Shown piece by piece: positions 60,538 through 64,000 of a DNA stretch of 64,000 nt. Positions within the stretch are counted from its first letter, which is position 1, and every line of letters begins with the position of its first letter. Position numbers and translations under genes: made by a program. Below the pieces are notes generated by a model. It worked only from the letters and a program-made list of their open reading frames with translations. It searched no databases and was not told the DNA's origin. The stretch spans positions 36,598 to 100,597 of the forward strand of contig WJKM01000016.1 in the NCBI GenBank assembly GCA_014729085.1. Reading direction: 5' to 3'. This DNA comes from Candidatus Dojkabacteria bacterium (GTDB lineage Bacteria > Patescibacteriota > Dojkabacteria > B142 > WJKM01).

Positions 60538-61314
60538 ATAACTGTAGATAAGAATAAATTAAGAATAGCTGTAAGCCAATTCCCGGTAAAGCAGGATATT
60601 CATCACAATTTTAAGTATATTAGAAAACATATTTTATATTCAGCTCAGAAAAATGCTGATGTAATTCATTTCCCTGAAACTGCATTATCCGGATATGAAA
60701 CCGATGTAAAGACCATCAACTGGACTAGTTTAGATAAGAGTCTAAATAGTATTAAAAAACTAGCTGGAGAAAATAAAATATATGTTGTGTTGGGTATTCA
60801 TAAGAAAAAGCAAAATTTTTTAAAACCTTTTAATTCTGCCATTTTAATTTCAAAATTAGGTAACATAGTTGGTTCTTATTCAAAAAACTATCTGTATAAA
60901 GATGAGCTAGAACGTTTCAGCTGTAGAAGCAATTTCTTTGTGAAGAAAATCAATGGTATTAAATGCGGCTTTCTTATTTGTTACGATTCATGTTTTCCTA
61001 AGTTGTTTGAACAATATAAGAGTAGAGGAGTAAAAATATTATTTTTGTCATACCACAATACAAACAGCAGTAAATCAAGAAACAGTCTGGATGATCTTAT
61101 GAAAGCCCAACTTAGAACCCGGGCTGCTGATTACGGAATGTACATTTCCGGCAGTAATTCCTCTTCTAGGTATTCAAGAATCCCATCAAGTGTTGCAAGT
61201 CCAGATGGAAAATTAGTTAGTCTTGAAAGGCATAAGCCCAGTGTATTAATATATGACTATCCGGATAGAAATCTAGGATGGACTTATAATAATTCAAAAG
61301 ATCCAACAGGTTGA
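60538..61314 (+). CDS. carbon-nitrogen hydrolase (nitrilase family); extends upstream of the track ORF, no canonical start
   Basis: LRIAVSQFP, HFPETALSGY, YSKNYL, ICYD (E-K-C triad). Confidence 0.8.
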   Translation: MTVDKNKLRIAVSQFPVKQDIHHNFKYIRKHILYSAQKNADVIHFPETALSGYETDVKTINWTSLDKSLNSIKKLAGENKIYVVLGIHKKKQNFLKPFNSAILISKLGNIVGSYSKNYLYKDELERFSCRSNFFVKKINGIKCGFLICYDSCFPKLFEQYKSRGVKILFLSYHNTNSSKSRNSLDDLMKAQLRTRAADYGMYISGSNSSSRYSRIPSSVASPDGKLVSLERHKPSVLIYDYPDRNLGWTYNNSKDPTG

Positions 61315-61342
61315 TTTTTGTCTGACCGCTATTATTAAATAA

Positions 61343-61573
61343 ATGATTTTTTATTCATCAGGCTTTAAAAGAGGAGATGTTTTCCTTATTGGTTTCTATG
61401 AAGGAAATAATTTTTTTGAAATTTCTAAAAATGATAGTGGTAAAGTATCTTTACTTAGAATAGAAAGCAGTGCAGGAAATGTTTTTTCTGAATCATTTAC
61501 AAAGGATGAGACCCTGAACTCTTTAAAGGTGTTTTGGTCTTCATTTGATTATTCACTTATTAATAAGTCATGA
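61343..61573 (+). CDS. hypothetical protein
   Basis: 76 aa, ATGA overlap with the next gene. Confidence 0.45.
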   Translation: MIFYSSGFKRGDVFLIGFYEGNNFFEISKNDSGKVSLLRIESSAGNVFSESFTKDETLNSLKVFWSSFDYSLINKS

Positions 61574-62499
61574 ATCTTTCATCAAAAAAATTTTCAGAAA
61601 TATCAAAATTTGTTAAAACAAAAGCTCGTAAGTTAGATAAGAGCCTTTTTACCTATTATTTCGAGAATAATTCAGCAGAAAATGTTTTAAAAGATTTAAG
61701 AAAATATCAAAATGAAGATGATGGATTTGGACATGGTTTGGAACCTGATTTTACTACCAACTCTTCTTCTGCAATTGCAACCTGCGTGGCTATGCAATAC
61801 ATCAACAAGTTAAATATTCAAGGTAATCATTTTATAATAGATCAAATACTAAACTATTTCACTAATACTTTTTCTAATAAATATCAAAGATGGAGACCTG
61901 TTCCGGATGATGTCAATAAATCTCCCCACGCACCTTGGTGGCACATTGATGAGAAAACTGGGATGTGTCCAATTGATAATAATTGGGACAACCCGACGGT
62001 AGAAATCCTTGGATATTTACACAAATATGACAACAATTTTCCTAAAAAGAAATTAAAGGAAATGACTAATAAAGCAGTTATGAGGCTTTTGGGCGAAGAA
62101 AGTATCCCGGAGCATAGTCTGTATTGTTACCAAATTTTTTATTCATATGCAGATCAGGAAGTAAAACAGAGTATTAAATCAAGACTATTTGAAAGAATTC
62201 GGGATATTGTAAATAAAGATAGCAAAGACTGGAGAGAAAAATATGTTCCTAAACCGTTAGATTTTGTAAGCATCCCAGATGCTCCATTTTATAATCTATT
62301 GAATGATCTAGTAGATAAGAACTTAGATTTCCTTATTAAAAGTATAGAAAACAATAAGGCTTGGTTTCCTACCTGGAGTTGGGGGCAGTACGAGAAAGAC
62401 TGGGAGAAAGCTAGAATGGAGTGGACTGGGAAAATTACTGTTGATAATCTGATAATTTTAAAAAAGTTCGGTAGAATCGAAGATAAAGTCAATATTTAA
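61570..62499 (+). CDS. conserved hypothetical protein with prenyltransferase/squalene-oxidase-like repeat
   Basis: YQNEDDGFGHGLEPD, PHAPWW, Trp-rich C-terminus. Confidence 0.7.
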   Translation: MNLSSKKFSEISKFVKTKARKLDKSLFTYYFENNSAENVLKDLRKYQNEDDGFGHGLEPDFTTNSSSAIATCVAMQYINKLNIQGNHFIIDQILNYFTNTFSNKYQRWRPVPDDVNKSPHAPWWHIDEKTGMCPIDNNWDNPTVEILGYLHKYDNNFPKKKLKEMTNKAVMRLLGEESIPEHSLYCYQIFYSYADQEVKQSIKSRLFERIRDIVNKDSKDWREKYVPKPLDFVSIPDAPFYNLLNDLVDKNLDFLIKSIENNKAWFPTWSWGQYEKDWEKARMEWTGKITVDNLIILKKFGRIEDKVNI

Positions 62500-62697
62500 T
62501 GACATGAGCTGGATCGCATTATAGGATATAGCAGATATTGGGCTTTAGAACATTTAAGCTGGTATAGAAGCGGGAAAATATGCTAAAATATAGCTGTTAA
62601 AGGAAATGTTTTAAGAAGAAATATGATTTGATTAACTCCAAACACACTTCACTTATTCACATATTCCAGTAAATTAATTATTAGCTGTATATTTTAT

Positions 62698-64000
62698 ATG
62701 GTAAGAAAAAATAGTAAAAAGAAAAAAGAAAAAAAGGTAAGAATTATACCTATTGGAGGACTTGATTTTGTCGGCCTTAACTGCACAGCAATTGAATATG
62801 ACAATCAAATTATTATTATTGATGCTGGGATAGGCTTTCCTACAAATGATCAATATGGTGTTGACTGTTTAATTCCAAATCCAAAATATTTAAAAAAGAA
62901 TTCAAAGAAAATTAAGGGATTGTTAATCACACACGGCCACCAGGACCATATTGGGGCCATTCCCTATTTAATCAGGGATATGGGCTTCCCGACCATTTAT
63001 ACAACAAAATTTGTAAAAGACATGGTTTTAAATAAATTTAAATCTGACTTTAAGGATTTATATTCCAAAGTAAAGATTAAAACTGTCTCTACAAAGAGCA
63101 AATTGACATTTGGAAGTATTAAAACAAGTTTTTTTGGGGTCAATCATAGTATTCCCGAAGCTCAAGGTGTAATCATTAAAACCCCAGCTGGAACTATTGT
63201 CCATACAGGAGATTTTAAGTTTGATAATTCTCCTCTTGAACAACCTTGTACAGAATATTCAAAGATTGCGAAAGTCGGAGCAGAAGGGGTATTATGTTTA
63301 CTCTCGGATTCAACAAACAGTTACGAAGAAGGCCATTGTATGACTGAAAGAGAAATTGGGAGAAAATTAGAAGATTTGATTTCGGAGGAAAAGGGGAGGG
63401 TTATAATTGCCACATTTTCATCCCTTGTAACGAGGGTTTCATCTCTATTAAAGATCGCAAGAAAGTATAAGAGGAAAGTTTTTGTTAGTGGAAGAAGTCT
63501 GCATGAGATAATCAAAATTGCAAAATCCCATGGATATATAGATGTTCCGGAAAGCTTATTCATTAAGGGGCATGAACTTAAGGATTACAAAGACAATCAG
63601 ATTATGGTTCTTTCTACAGGCTCTCAAGGCGAAACTATGGCTGCTTTGAGTAGAATGGCAAGAAAAGAACATAGAGAGATTAAGATTAAGGATGGAGACA
63701 CCGTAATTTTATCTGCATCTGTAATACCTGGTAATGGAGCTTACGTCCAAGATGTTATTGATTCCCTTACAAAATTTGGAGCAAATGTTTATCATAATGA
63801 CATTATGAATCTGCATACCACAGGCCATGCACACAAAGAAGAACAAAAATTAATGATACGCTTAACTCAACCTAAATATTTCATGCCTGTTCACGGTTAT
63901 CTTTCGTTTTTGTCAGAACATGCTAAAACAGCAGAAAAGGTAGGAATCAAGAAAAAAAATATCATAATGGCATCTAATGGAGATGTTATTGAAATGGATA
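62698..64000 (+). CDS. rnj: ribonuclease J (partial, runs off the window; absent from the ORF track)
   Basis: IIPIGG, IDAG, THGHQDHIG, HTGDFK, DSTN, TGSQGE, HTTGHA, MPVHG. Confidence 0.95.
   Translation, partial: MVRKNSKKKKEKKVRIIPIGGLDFVGLNCTAIEYDNQIIIIDAGIGFPTNDQYGVDCLIPNPKYLKKNSKKIKGLLITHGHQDHIGAIPYLIRDMGFPTIYTTKFVKDMVLNKFKSDFKDLYSKVKIKTVSTKSKLTFGSIKTSFFGVNHSIPEAQGVIIKTPAGTIVHTGDFKFDNSPLEQPCTEYSKIAKVGAEGVLCLLSDSTNSYEEGHCMTEREIGRKLEDLISEEKGRVIIATFSSLVTRVSSLLKIARKYKRKVFVSGRSLHEIIKIAKSHGYIDVPESLFIKGHELKDYKDNQIMVLSTGSQGETMAALSRMARKEHREIKIKDGDTVILSASVIPGNGAYVQDVIDSLTKFGANVYHNDIMNLHTTGHAHKEEQKLMIRLTQPKYFMPVHGYLSFLSEHAKTAEKVGIKKKNIIMASNGDVIEMD

Noticed and set aside
61570-62499. Terpene cyclase belonging to the isoprenoid cluster
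   Set aside because: About 39 kb away, no DxDD motif, only one QW-like repeat; no evidence of linkage.
52416-62500. Prophage or intact integrative element at tRNA-Pro
   Set aside because: No integrase or phage genes, and I saw no copy of the tRNA 3' end.
1284-63563. Short ORFs nested in or antisense to long genes (e.g. 5543-5872, 25121-25600, 31448-31834, 63321-63563)
   Set aside because: Shadow frames of well-supported genes.

Overview
AT-rich bacterial chromosome segment, standard code 11. The gene content suggests a Patescibacteria/CPR organism (inference): lone VirB4-like ATPase, archaeal-type TIM, dockerin/SLH surface proteins, many orphans. Housekeeping content: RNase P RNA, trxAB, lepA, nnr, yhaM, RNase J (partial), glycolysis (eno, fba, gap, pgk, pfk, tpi) and tRNAs Gln, Gly and Pro. 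Two loci stand out. (1) 16.8-25.0 kb: two single-domain response regulators, three tandem XRE-HTH+GAF regulators, a short-chain prenyl-diphosphate synthase, a class I terpene-synthase-like gene and a multi-TM GAF histidine kinase, together a candidate isoprenoid-signal (quorum-sensing-like) system. (2) 51.9-52.4 kb: a small GIY-YIG nuclease gene flanked by a duplicated tRNA-Pro 5' end, with the upstream copy interrupted by three tandem 52-bp hairpin units. A similar hairpin-interrupted tRNA fragment follows tRNA-Gln. Other points: two glycolytic pseudo-enzymes (gpmI-like, ppsA-like), a non-canonical CsoR regulator with a visible operator upstream of trxAB, twin Tgs1-like methyltransferases, and an accessory region after tRNA-Pro with an OLD-like nuclease and several pseudogenes. 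All calls are from motif reading by eye; no searches were run.
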